Assembly: GCA_040285855.1 (NCBI GenBank)
Contig: JAUFOQ010000006.1
Location: 1,240,001 to 1,304,000 of the forward strand
Direction: 5' to 3'
DNA from: Eukaryota sp. GEM-RC1
Lineage: Eukaryota
DNA length: 64,000 bases
A program made the position numbers and the translations under genes. The notes below the pieces were generated by a model. It saw only the letters and a list, made by a program, of their open reading frames with translations, had not been told where the DNA came from and searched no databases. Shown here piece by piece: positions 40,346 through 53,000 of this stretch; position 1 is the first letter of the stretch; every line of letters begins with the position of its first letter.

Positions 40346-41006
40346 CAGGCCCTCTCATAAGATAATTTAAAATAATTTGAACATCCAAAAGTGTCAAAAA
40401 TAAATGTGAAATAAATAGAATTAAAACAAAATAAAAACAAAATAAAAACAAAATATTTATTACATGTAGTACATCTAATCTGAGTCACTATTGATGAATA
40501 CACAATCCATTTGATCATCCCTTTCTTATCGAAATAGATTAGTTGACTTTCTGCTTCGTATAAGTACTCCAACTGTGTCTTCATTCCATAGACATCTGTG
40601 GATCTTCAACATTAGTTCAATAATCAGCATCGTGGACGACTATGAGAATTGTTAACTCCCGGTTATAGTCGTTGGATTGGCTTAGAACTCAGGTAAAGGC
40701 TCGACTGTATCGGTTAGGTTCGACATAGAAATGGCAAAGTTTGAGCGAAAATGTCTCAACTTTGATTTTTGGCTGAGCTTGATTATGTTCACACATCATG
40801 TTTCAAGTCAATCAACAACCTTGAGTAATAAATAAACTCATGCACTATACAGATCAATGAAGTTTACCTTGCAGCATTTTATTTATATTTATTTATATTT
40901 TGTTTTATTTTGTTTTATTTGCATGATCGGCAAAAGGTTCAAAAATAAATATAAATAGAAATAAATAGAAATAAATAGAATTTATATTTATTTATGAGGA
41001 GCCCTG
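40346..41006. mobile_element. 661-bp non-autonomous hAT-like DNA transposon in the satellite
   Basis: TIRs CAGGCCCTCTCATAA / TTATGAGGAGCCCTG (12/15). Perfect 8-bp TSD AATGAAAG (40338-40345, 41007-41014). AT-rich subterminal repeats. Confidence 0.9.
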
Positions 41007-44000
41007 AATGAAAGACAACGCAATCATTACTTTTGATCAAGGGCTAGCAATTTAATGGATCTACTTGTAAGTCTCATAATAGCAGATTAGACACAATCAA
41101 TCAGGCAAACTCCCTTAAATGTGTCTCAGTCGATGCCCAAATTGATTCAGTCAATTATCACTAAGTATCAAGACCAACTGTACACTTTACCCTCCTAATT
41201 CAGCCTCGATTTTCAACAGATAGAAATAGAATTGATAAACATGTGTAGATGCAAACATTGGTGTCCTATGAAGTGACAAAAGTAGTAATCCAGAAATGAC
41301 GGTCCTTTTGGAGTGTGACACTGGTACAGTCTGATCAAATTAATTGGGGTGGATACAGATTGTTTGCACTCGCACACTTACAGATGGAGGAATTTAAAAC
41401 TGCATTACAGTTTCGCACTTCTTCTCAGAATTTGTTTTAAAATAAATAATGTAAAATAAGAGTTTAAAACTGCATTACAGTTTCGCACTTCTTCTCAGAA
41501 TTTGGTTTAAAATAAATAATGTAAAATAAGAGTTTAAAACTCCATTACAGATTCGCACTTCTTCTCAGAATTAGTTAAAAAGCAAATACAGTATACTCAT
41601 TTGTTCTATTTAGGGAAGTTGTAAGAAACACGAATGAAAGACAACGCAATCATTACTTTTGATCAAGGGCTAGCAATTTAATGGATCTACTTGTAAGTCT
41701 CACAATAGCAGATTAGACACAATCAATCAGGCAAACTCCCTTAAATGTGTCTCAGTCGATGCCCAAATTGATTCAGTCAATTATCACTAAGTATCAAGAC
41801 CAACTGTACACTTTACCCTCCTAATTCAGCCTCGATTTTCAACAGATAGAAATAGAATTGATAAACATGTGTAGATGCAAACATTGGTGTCCTATGAAGT
41901 GACAAAAGTAGTAATCCAGAAATGACGGTCCTTTTGGAGTGTGACACTGGTACAGTCTGATCAAATTAATTGGGATGGATACAGATTGTTTGTACTCGCA
42001 CACTTACAGATGGAGGAATTTAAAACTGCATTACAGTTTCGCACTTCTTCTCAGAATTTGTTTTAAAATAAATAATGTAAAATAAGAATTTAAAACTCCA
42101 TTATAGATTCGCACTTCTTCTCAGAATTTGTTTAAAAGCAAATACAGTATACTCATTTGTTCTATTTAGGGAAGTTGTAAGAAACACGAATGAAAGACAA
42201 CGCAATCATTACTTTTGATCAAGGGCTAGCAATTTAATGGATCTACTTGTAAGTCTCATAATAGCAGATTAGACACAATCAATCAGGCAAACTCCCTTAA
42301 ATGTGTCTCAGTCGATGCCCAAATTGATTCAGTCAATTATCACTAAGTATCAAGACCAACTGTACACTTTACCCTCCTAATTCAGCCTCGATTTTCAACA
42401 GATAGAAATAGAATTGATAAACATGTGTAGATGCAAATATTGGTGTCCTATGAAGTGACAAAAGTAGTAATCCAGAAATGACGGTCCTTTTGGAGTGTGA
42501 CACTGGTACAGTCTGATCAAATTAATTGGGGTGGATACAGATTGTTTGCACTCGCACACTTACAGATGGAGGAATTTAAAACTGCATTACAGTTTCGCAC
42601 TTCTTCTCAGAATTTGTTTTAAAATAAATAATGTAAAATAAGAGTTTAAAACTGCATTACAGTTTCGCACTTCTTCTCAGAATTTGTTTTAAAATAAATA
42701 ATGTAAAATAAGAGTTTAAAACTCCATTACAGATTCGCACTTCTTCTCAGAATTTGTTAAAAAGCAAATACAGTATACTCATTTGTTCTATTTAGGGAAG
42801 TTGTAAGAAACACGAATGAAAGACAACGCAATCATTACTTTTGATCAAGGGCTAGCAATTTAATGGATCTACTTGTAAGTCTCACAATAGCAGATTAGAC
42901 ACAATCAATCAGGCAAACTCCCTTAAATGTGTCTCAGTCGATGCCCAAATTGATTCAGTCAATTATCACTAAGTATCAAGACCAACTGTACACTTAACCC
43001 TCCTAATTCAGCCTCGATTTTCAACAGATAGAAATAGAATTGATAAACATGTGTAGATGCAAACATTGGTGTCCTATGAAGTGACAAAAGTAGTAATCCA
43101 GAAATGACGGTCCTTTTGGAGTGTGACACTGGTACAGTCTGATCAAATTAATTGGGATGGATACAGATTGTTTGTACTCGCACACTTACAGATGGAGGAA
43201 TTTAAAACTGCATTACAGTTTCGCACTTCTTCTCAGAATTTGTTTTAAAATAAATAATGTAAAATAAGAGTTTAAAACTCCATTACAGATTCGCACTTCT
43301 TCTCAGAATTAGTTAAAAAGCAAATACAGTATACTCATTTGTTCTATTTAGGGAAGTTGTAAGAAACACGAATGAAAGACAACGCAATCATTACTTTTGA
43401 TCAAGGGCTAGCAATTTAATGGATCTACTTGTAAGTCTCACAATAGCAGATTAGACACAATCAATCAGGCAAACTCCCTTAAATGTGTCTCAGTCGATGC
43501 CCAAATTGATTCAGTCAATTATCACTAAGTATCAAGACCAACTGTACACTTAACCCTCCTAATTCAGCCTCGATTTTCAACAGATAGAAATAGAATTGAT
43601 AAACATGTGTAGATGCAAACATTGGTGTCCTATGAAGTGACAAAAGTAGTAATCCAGAAATGACGGTCCTTTTGGAGTGTGACACTGGTACAGTCTGATC
43701 AAATTAATTGGGATGGATACAGATTGTTTGTACTCGCACACTTACAGATGGAGGAATTTAAAACTGCATTACAGTTTCGCACTTCTTCTCGGAATTTGTT
43801 TTAAAATAAATAATGTAAAATAAGAATTTAAAACTCCATTATAGATTCGCATTTCTTCTCAGAATTTGTTTAAAAGCAAATACAGTATACTCATTTGTTC
43901 TATTTAGGGAAGTTGTAAGAAACACGAATGAAAGACAACGCAATCATTACTTTTGATCAAGGGCTAGCAATTTAATGGATCTACTTGTAAGTCTCATAAT

Positions 44001-47000
44001 AGCAGATTAGACACAATCAATCAGGCAAACTCCCTTAAATGTGTCTCAGTCGATGCCCAAATTGATTCAGTCAATTATCACTAAGTATCAAGACCAACTG
44101 TACACTTTACCCTCCTAATTCAGCCTCGATTTTCAACAGATAGAAATAGAATTGATAAACATGTGTAGATGCAAACATTGGTGTCCTATGAAGTGACAAA
44201 AGTAGTAATCCAGAAATGACGGTCCTTTTGGAGTGTGACACTGGTACAGTCTGATCAAATTAATTGGGGTGGATACAGATTGTTTGCACTCGCACACTTA
44301 CAGATGGAGGAATTTAAAACTGCATTACAGTTTCGCACTTCTTCTCAGAATTTGTTTTAAAATAAATAATGTAAAATAAGAGTTTAAAACTGCATTACAG
44401 TTTCGCACTTCTTCTCAGAATTTGTTTTAAAATAAATAATGTAAAATAAGAGTTTAAAACTCCATTACAGATTCGCACTTCTTCTCAGAATTTGTTAAAA
44501 AGCAAATACAGTATACTCATTTGTTCTATTTAGGGAAGTTGTAAGAAACACGAATGAAAGACAACGCAATCATTACTTTTGATCAAGGGCTAGCAATTTA
44601 ATGGATCTACTTGTAAGTCTCACAATAGCAGATTAGACACAATCAATCAGGCAAACTCCCTTAAATGTGTCTCAGTCGATGCCAAAATTGATTCAGTCAA
44701 TTATCACTAAGTATCAAGACCAACTGTACACTTAACCCTCCTAATTCAGCCTCGATTTTCAACAGATAGAAATAGAATTGATAAACATGTGTAGATGCAA
44801 ACATTGGTGTCCTATGAAGTGACAAAAGTAGTAATCCAGAAATGACGGTCCTTTTGGAGTGTGACACTGGTACAGTCTGATCAAATTAATTGGGATGGAT
44901 ACAGATTGTTTGTACTCGCACACTTACAGATGGAGGAATTTAAAACTGCATTACAGTTTCGCACTTCTTCTCAGAATTTGTTTTAAAATAAATAATGTAA
45001 AATAAGAGTTTAAAACTCCATTACAGATTCGCACTTCTTCTCAGTATTAGTTAAAAAGCAAATACAGTATACTCATTTGTTCTATTTAGGGAAGTTGTAA
45101 GAAACACGAATGAAAGACAACGCAATCATTACTTTTGATCAAGGGCTAGCAATTTAATGGATCTACTTGTAAGTCTCACAATAGCAGATTAGACACAATC
45201 AATCAGGCAAACTCCCTTAAATGTGTCTCAGTCGATGCCCAAATTGATTCAGTCAATTATCACTAAGTATCAAGACCAACTGTACACTTAACCCTCCTAA
45301 TTCAGCCTCGATTTTCAACAGATAGAAATAGAATTGATAAACATGTGTAGATGCAAACATTGGTGTCCTATGAAGTGACAAAAGTAGTAATCCAGAAATG
45401 ACGGTCCTTTTGGAGTGTGACACTGGTACAGTCTGATCAAATTAATTGGGATGGATACAGATTGTTTGTACTCGCACACTTACAGATGGAGGAATTTAAA
45501 ACTGCATTACAGTTTCGCACTTCTTCTCGGAATTTGTTTTAAAATAAATAATGTAAAATAAGAATTTAAAACTCCATTATAGATTCGCATTTCTTCTCAG
45601 AATTTGTTTAAAAGCAAATACAGTATACTCATTTGTTCTATTTAGGGAAGTTGTAAGAAACACGAATGAAAGACAACGCAATCATTACTTTTGATCAAGG
45701 GCTAGCAATTTAATGGATCTACTTGTAAGTCTCATAATAGCAGATTAGACACAATCAATCAGGCAAACTCCCTTAAATGTGTCTCAGTCGATGCCCAAAT
45801 TGATTCAGTCAATTATCACTAAGTATCAAGACCAACTGTACACTTAACCCTCCTAATTCAGCCTCGATTTTCAACAGATAGAAATAGAATTGATAAACAT
45901 GTGTAGATGCAAACATTGGTGTCCTATGAAGTGACAAAAGTAGTAATCCAGAAATGACGGTCCTTTTGGAGTGTGACACTGGTACAGTCTGATCAAATTA
46001 ATTGGGATGGATACAGATTGTTTGTACTCGCACACTTACAGATGGAGGAATTTAAAACTGCATTACAGTTTCGCACTTCTTCTCAGAATTTGTTTTAAAA
46101 TAAATAATGTAAAATAAGAATTTAAAACTCCATTATAGATTCGCATTTCTTCTCAGAATTTGTTTAAAAGCAAATACAGTATACTCATTTGTTCTATTTA
46201 GGGAAGTTGTAAGAAACACGAATGAAAGACAACGCAATCATTACTTTTGATCAAGGGCTAGCAATTTAATGGATCTACTTGTAAGTCTCATAATAGCAGA
46301 TTAGACACAATCAATCAGGCAAACTCCCTTAAATGTGTCTCAGTCGATGCCCAAATTGATTCAGTCAATTATCACTAAGTATCAAGACCAACTGTACACT
46401 TTACCCTCCTAATTCAGCCTCGATTTTCAACAGATAGAAATAGAATTGATAAACATGTGTAGATGCAAACATTGGTGTCCTATGAAGTGACAAAAGTAGT
46501 AATCCAGAAATGACGGTCCTTTTGGAGTGTGACACTGGTACAGTCTGATCAAATTAATTGGGGTGGATACAGATTGTTTGCACTCGCACACTTACAGATG
46601 GAGGAATTTAAAACTGCATTACAGTTTCGCACTTCTTCTCAGAATTTGTTTTAAAATAAATAATGTAAAATAAGAGTTTAAAACTGCATTACAGTTTCGC
46701 ACTTCTTCTCAGAATTTGTTTTAAAATAAATAATGTAAAATAAGAGTTTAAAACTCCATTACAGATTCGCACTTCTTCTCAGAATTTGTTAAAAAGCAAA
46801 TACAGTATACTCATTTGTTCTATTTAGGGAAGTTGTAAGAAACACGAATGAAAGACAACGCAATCATTACTTTTGATCAAGGGCTAGCAATTTAATGTAT
46901 CTACTTGTAAGTCTCACAATAGCAGATTAGACACAATCAATCAGGCAAACTCCCTTAAATGTGTCTCAGTCGATGCCCAAATTGATTCAGTCAATTATCA

Positions 47001-50000
47001 CTAAGTATCAAGACCAACTGTACACTTAACCCTCCTAATTCAGCGTCGATTTTCAACAGATAGAAATAGAATTGATAAACATGTGTAGATGCAAACATTG
47101 GTGTCCTATGAAGTGACAAAAGTAGTAATCCAGAAATGACGGTCCTTTTGGAGTGTGACACTGGTACAGTCTGATCAAATTAATTGGGGTGGATACAGAT
47201 TGTTTGTACTCGCACACTTACAGATGGAGGAATTTAAAACTGCATTACAGTTTCGCACTTCTTCTCAGAATTTGTTTTAAAATAAATAATGTAAAATAAG
47301 AGTTTAAAACTCCATTACAGATTCGCACTTCTTCTCAGAATTTGTTTAAAATCAAATACAGTATACTCATTTGTTCTATTTAGGGAAGTTGTAAGAAACA
47401 CGAATGAAAGACAACGCAATCATTACTTTTGATCAAGGGCTAGCAATTTAATGGATCTACTTGTAAGTCTCATAATAGCAGATTAGACACAATCAATCAG
47501 GCTAACTCCCTTAAATGTGTCTCAGTCGATGCCCAAATTTATTCAGTCAATTATCACTAAGTATCAAGACCAACTGTACACTTTACCCTCCTAATTCAGC
47601 CTCGATTTTCAACAGATAGAAATAGAATTGATAAACATCTGTAGATGCAAACATTGGTGTCCTATGAAGTGACAAAAGTAGTAATCCAGAAATGACGGTC
47701 CTTTTGGAGTGTGACACTGGTACAGTCTGATCAAATTAATTGGGGTGGATACAGATTGTTTGCACTCGCACACTTACAGATGGAGGAATTTAAAACTGCA
47801 TTACAGTTTCGCACTTCTTCTCAGAATTTGTTTTAAAATAAATAATGTAAAATAAGAGTTTAAACCTGCATTACAGTTTCGCACTTCTTCTCAGAATTTG
47901 TTTTAAAATAAATAATGTAAAATAAGAGTTTAAAACTCCATTACAGATTCGCACTTCTTCTCAGAATTTGTTAAAAAGCAAATACAGTATACTCATTTGT
48001 TCTATTTAGGGAAGTTGTAAGAAACACGAATGAAAGACAACGCAATCATTACTTTTGATCAAGGGCTAGCAATTTAATGGATCTACTTGTAAGTCTCACA
48101 ATAGCAGATTAGACACAATCAATCAGGCAAACTCCCTTAAATGTGTCTCAGTCGATGCCCAAATTGATTCAGTCAATTATCACTAAGTATCAAGACCAAC
48201 TGTACACTTAACCCTCCTAATTCAGCCTCGATTTTCAACAGATAGAAATAGAATTGATAAACATGTGTAGATGCAAACATTGGTGTCCTATGAAGTGACA
48301 AAAGTAGTGATCCAGAAATGACGGTCCTTTTGGAGTGTGACACTGGTACAGTCTGATCAAATTAATTGGGATGGATACAGATTGTTTGTACTCGCACACT
48401 TACAGATGGAGGAATTTAAAACTGCATTACAGTTTCGCACTTCTTCTCAGAATTTGTTTTAAAATAAATAATGTAAAATAAGAATTTAAAACTCCATTAT
48501 AGATTCGCACTTCTTCTCAGAATTTGTTTAAAAGCAAATACAGTATACTCATTTGTTCTATTTAGGGAAGTTGTAAGAAACACGAATGAAAGACAACGCA
48601 ATCATTACTTTTGATCAAGGGCTAGCAATTTAATGGATCTACTTGTAAGTCTCATAATAGCAGATTAGACACAATCAATCAGGCAAACTCCCTTAAATGT
48701 GTCTCAGTCGATGCCCAAATTGATTCAGTCAATTATCACTAAGTATCAAGACCAACTGTACACTTAACCCTCCTAATTCAGCCTCGATTTTCAACAGATA
48801 GAAATAGAATTGATAAACATGTGTAGATGCAAACATTGGTGTCCTATGAAGTGACAAAAGTAGTAATCCAGAAATGACGGTCCTTTTGGAGTGTGACACT
48901 GGTACAGTCTGATCAAATTAATTGGGATGGATACAGATTGTTTGTACTCGCACACTTACAGATGGAGGAATTTAAAACTGCATTACAGTTTCGCACTTCT
49001 TCTCAGAATTTGTTTTAAAATAAATAATGTTAAATAAGAGTTTAAAACTCCATTATAGATTCGCACTTCTTCTCAGAATTTGTTTAAAAGCAAATACAGT
49101 ATACTCATTTGTTCTATTTAGGGAAGTTGTAAGAAACACGAATGAAAGACAACGCAATCATTATTTTTGATCAAGGGCTAGCAATTTAATGGATCTACTT
49201 GTAAGTCTCATAATAGCAGATTAGACACAATCAATCAGGCAAACTCCCTTAAATGTGTCTCAGTCGATGCCCAAATTGATTCAGTCAATTATCACTAAGT
49301 ATCAAGACCAACTGTACACTTAACCCTCCTAATTCAGCCTCGATTTTCAACAGATAGAAATAGAATTGATAAACATGTGTAGATGCAAACATTGGTGTCC
49401 TATGAAGTGACAAAAGTAGTAATCCAGAAATGACGGTGCTTTTGGAGTGTGACACTGGTACAGTCTGATCAAATTAATTGGGATGGATACAGATTGTTTG
49501 TACTCGCACACTTACAGATGGAGGAATTTAAAACTGCATTACAGTTTCGCACTTCTTCTCAGAATTTGTTTTAAAATAAATAATGTAAAATAAGAGTTTA
49601 AAACTCCATTATAGATTCGCACGTCTTCTCAGAATTTGTTTAAAAGCAAATACAGTATACTCATTTGTTCTATTTAGGGAAGTTGTAAGAAACACGAATG
49701 AAAGACAACGCAATCATTATTTTTGATCAAGGGCTAGCAATTTAATGGATCTACTTGTAAGTCTCATAATAGCAGATTAGACACAATCAATCAGGCAAAC
49801 TCCCTTAAATGTGTCTCAGTCGATGCCCAAATTGATTCAGTCAATTATCACTAAGTATCAAGTCCAACTGTACACTTAACCCTCCTAATTCAGCCTCGAT
49901 TTTCACCAGATAGAAATAGAATTGATAAACATGTGTAGATGCAAACATTGGTGTCCTATGAAGTGACAAAAGTAGTAATCCAGAACTGACGGTCCTTTTG

Positions 50001-53000
50001 GAGTGTGACACTGGTACAGTCTGATCAAATTAATTGGGATGGATACAGATTGTTTGTACTCGCACACTTACAGATGGAGGAATTTAAAACTGCATTACAG
50101 TTTCGCACTTCTTCTCAGAATTTGTTTTAAAATAAATAATGTAAAATAAGAGTTTAAAACTCCATTATAGATTCGCACTTCTTCTCAGAATTTGTTTAAA
50201 AGCAAATACAGTATACTCATTTGTTCTATTTAGGGAAGTTGTAAGAAACACGAATGAAAGACAACGCAATCATTACTTTTGATTAAGGGCTAGCAATTTA
50301 ATGGATCTACTTGTAAGTCTCATAATAGCAGATTAGACACAATCAATCAGACAAACTCTTTTAAATGTGTCTCAGTCGATGCCCAAGTTGATTCAGTCAA
50401 TTATCACTAAGTATCAAGACCAACTGCACACTTAACCCTCCTAATTCAGCCTCGATTTTCAACAGATAGAAATAGAATTGATACACTTACAGTCTGATCA
50501 AATTAATTGGGATGGATACAGATTGTTTGTACTCGCACACTTACAGATGGAGGAATTTAAAAATGCATTACAGTTTCGCACTTCTTCTCAGAATTTGTTT
50601 TAAAATAAATAATGTAAAATAAGAGTTTAAAACTCCATTATAGATTCGCACTTCTTCTCAGAATTTGTTTAAAAGCAAATACAGTATACTCATTTGTTCT
50701 ATTTAGGGAAGTTGTAAGAAACACGAATGAAAGACAACGCAATCATTACTTTTGATCAAGGGCTAGCAATTTAATGGATCTACTTGTAAGTCTCATAATA
50801 GCAGATTAGACACAATCAATCAGGCAAACTCCCTTAAATGTGTCTCAGTCGATGCCCAAATTGATTCAGTCAATTATCACTAAGTATCAAGTCCAACTGT
50901 ACACTTAACCCTCCTAATTCAGCCTCGATTTTCACCAGATAGAAATAGAATTGATAAACATGTGTAGATGCAAACATTGGTGTCCTATGAAGTGACAAAA
51001 GTAGTAATCCAGAACTGACGGTCCTTTTGGAGTGTGACACTGGTACAGTCTGATCAAATTAATTGGGATGGATACAGATTGTTTGTACTCGCACACTTAC
51101 AGATGGAGGAATTTAAAACTGCATTACAGTTTCGCACTTCTTCTCAGAATTTGTTTTAAAATAAATAATGTAAAATAAGAGTTTAAAACTCCATTATAGA
51201 TTCGCACTTCTTCTCAGAATTTGTTTAAAAGCAAATACAGTATACTCATTTGTTCTATTTAGGGAAGTTGTAAGAAACACGAATGAAAGACAACGCAATC
51301 ATTACTTTTGATTAAGGGCTAGCAATTTAATGGATCTACTTGTAAGTCTCATAATAGCAGATTAGACACAATCAATCAGACAAACTCTTTTAAATGTGTC
51401 TCAGTCGATGCCCAAATTGATTCAGTCAATTATCACTAAGTATCAAGACCAACTGCACACTTAACCCTCCTAATTCAGCCTCGATTTTCAACAGATAGAA
51501 ATAGAATTGATACATTTACAGTCTGATCAAATTAATTGGGATGGATACAGATTGTTTGTACTCGCACACTTACAGATGGAGGAATTTAAAAATGCATTAC
51601 AGTTTCGCACTTCTTCTCAGAATTTGTTTTAAAATAAATAATGTAAAATAAGAGTTTAAAACTCCATTATAGATTCGCACTTCTTCTCAGAATTTGTTTA
51701 AAAGCAAATACAGTATACTCATTTGTTCTATTTAGGGAAGTTGTAAGAAACACGAATGAAAGACAACGCAATCATTACTTTTGATCAAGGGCTAGCAATT
51801 TAATGGATCTACTTGTAAGTCTCATAATAGCAGATTAGACACAATCAATCAGGCAAACTCCCTTAAATGTGTCTCAGTCGATGCCCAAATTGATTCAGTC
51901 AATTATCACTAAGTATCAAGTCCAACTGTACACTTAACCCTCCTAATTCAGCCTCGATTTTCACCAGATAGAAATAGAATTGATAAACATGTGTAGATGC
52001 AAACATTGGTGTCCTATGAAGTGACAAAAGTAGTAATCCAGAACTGACGGTCCTTTTGGAGTGTGACACTGGTACAGTCTGATCAAATTAATTGGGATGG
52101 ATACAGATTGTTTGTACTCGCACACTTACAGATGGAGGAATTTAAAACTGCATTACAGTTTCGCACTTCTTCTCAGAATTTGTTTTAAAATAAATAATGT
52201 AAAATAAGAGTTTAAAACTCCATTATAGATTCGCACTTCTTCTCAGAATTTGTTTAAAAGCAAATACAGTATACTCATTTGTTCTATTTAGGGAAGTTGT
52301 AAGAAACACGAATGAAAGACAACGCAATCATTACTTTTGATTAAGGGCTAGCAATTTAATGGATCTACTTGTAAGTCTCATAATAGCAGATTAGACACAA
52401 TCAATCAGACAAACTCTTTTAAATGTGTCTCAGTCGATGCCCAAATTGATTCAGTCAATTATCACTAAGTATCAAGACCAACTGCACACTTAACCCTCCT
52501 AATTCAGCCTCGATTTTCAACAGATAGAAATAGAATTGATACACTTACAGTCTGATCAAATTAATTGGGATGGATACAGATTGTTTGTACTCGCACACTT
52601 ACAGATGGAGGAATTTAAAAATGCATTACAGTTTCGCACTTCTTCTCAGAATTTGTTTTAAAATAAATAATGTAAAATAAGAGTTTAAAACTCCATTATA
52701 GATTCGCACTTCTTCTCAGAATTTGTTTAAAAGCAAATACAGTATACTCATTTGTTCTATTTAGGGAAGTTGTAAGAAACACGAATGAAAGACAACGCAA
52801 TCATTACTTTTGATCAAGGGCTAGCAATTTAATGGATCTACTTGTAAGTCTCATAATAGCAGATTAGACACAATCAATCAGGCAAACTCCCTTAAATGTG
52901 TCTCAGTCGATGCCCAAATTGATTCAGTCAATTATCACTAAGTATCAAGACCAACTGCACACTTCACCCATAATTCAGCCTCGATTTTCAACAGATAGAA

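Noticed and set aside
40315..40584. BED zinc-finger ORF (W...CTTC) in the hAT element
   Set aside because: Only a CxxC is present with no His pair, and it runs into AT-rich subterminal repeats.
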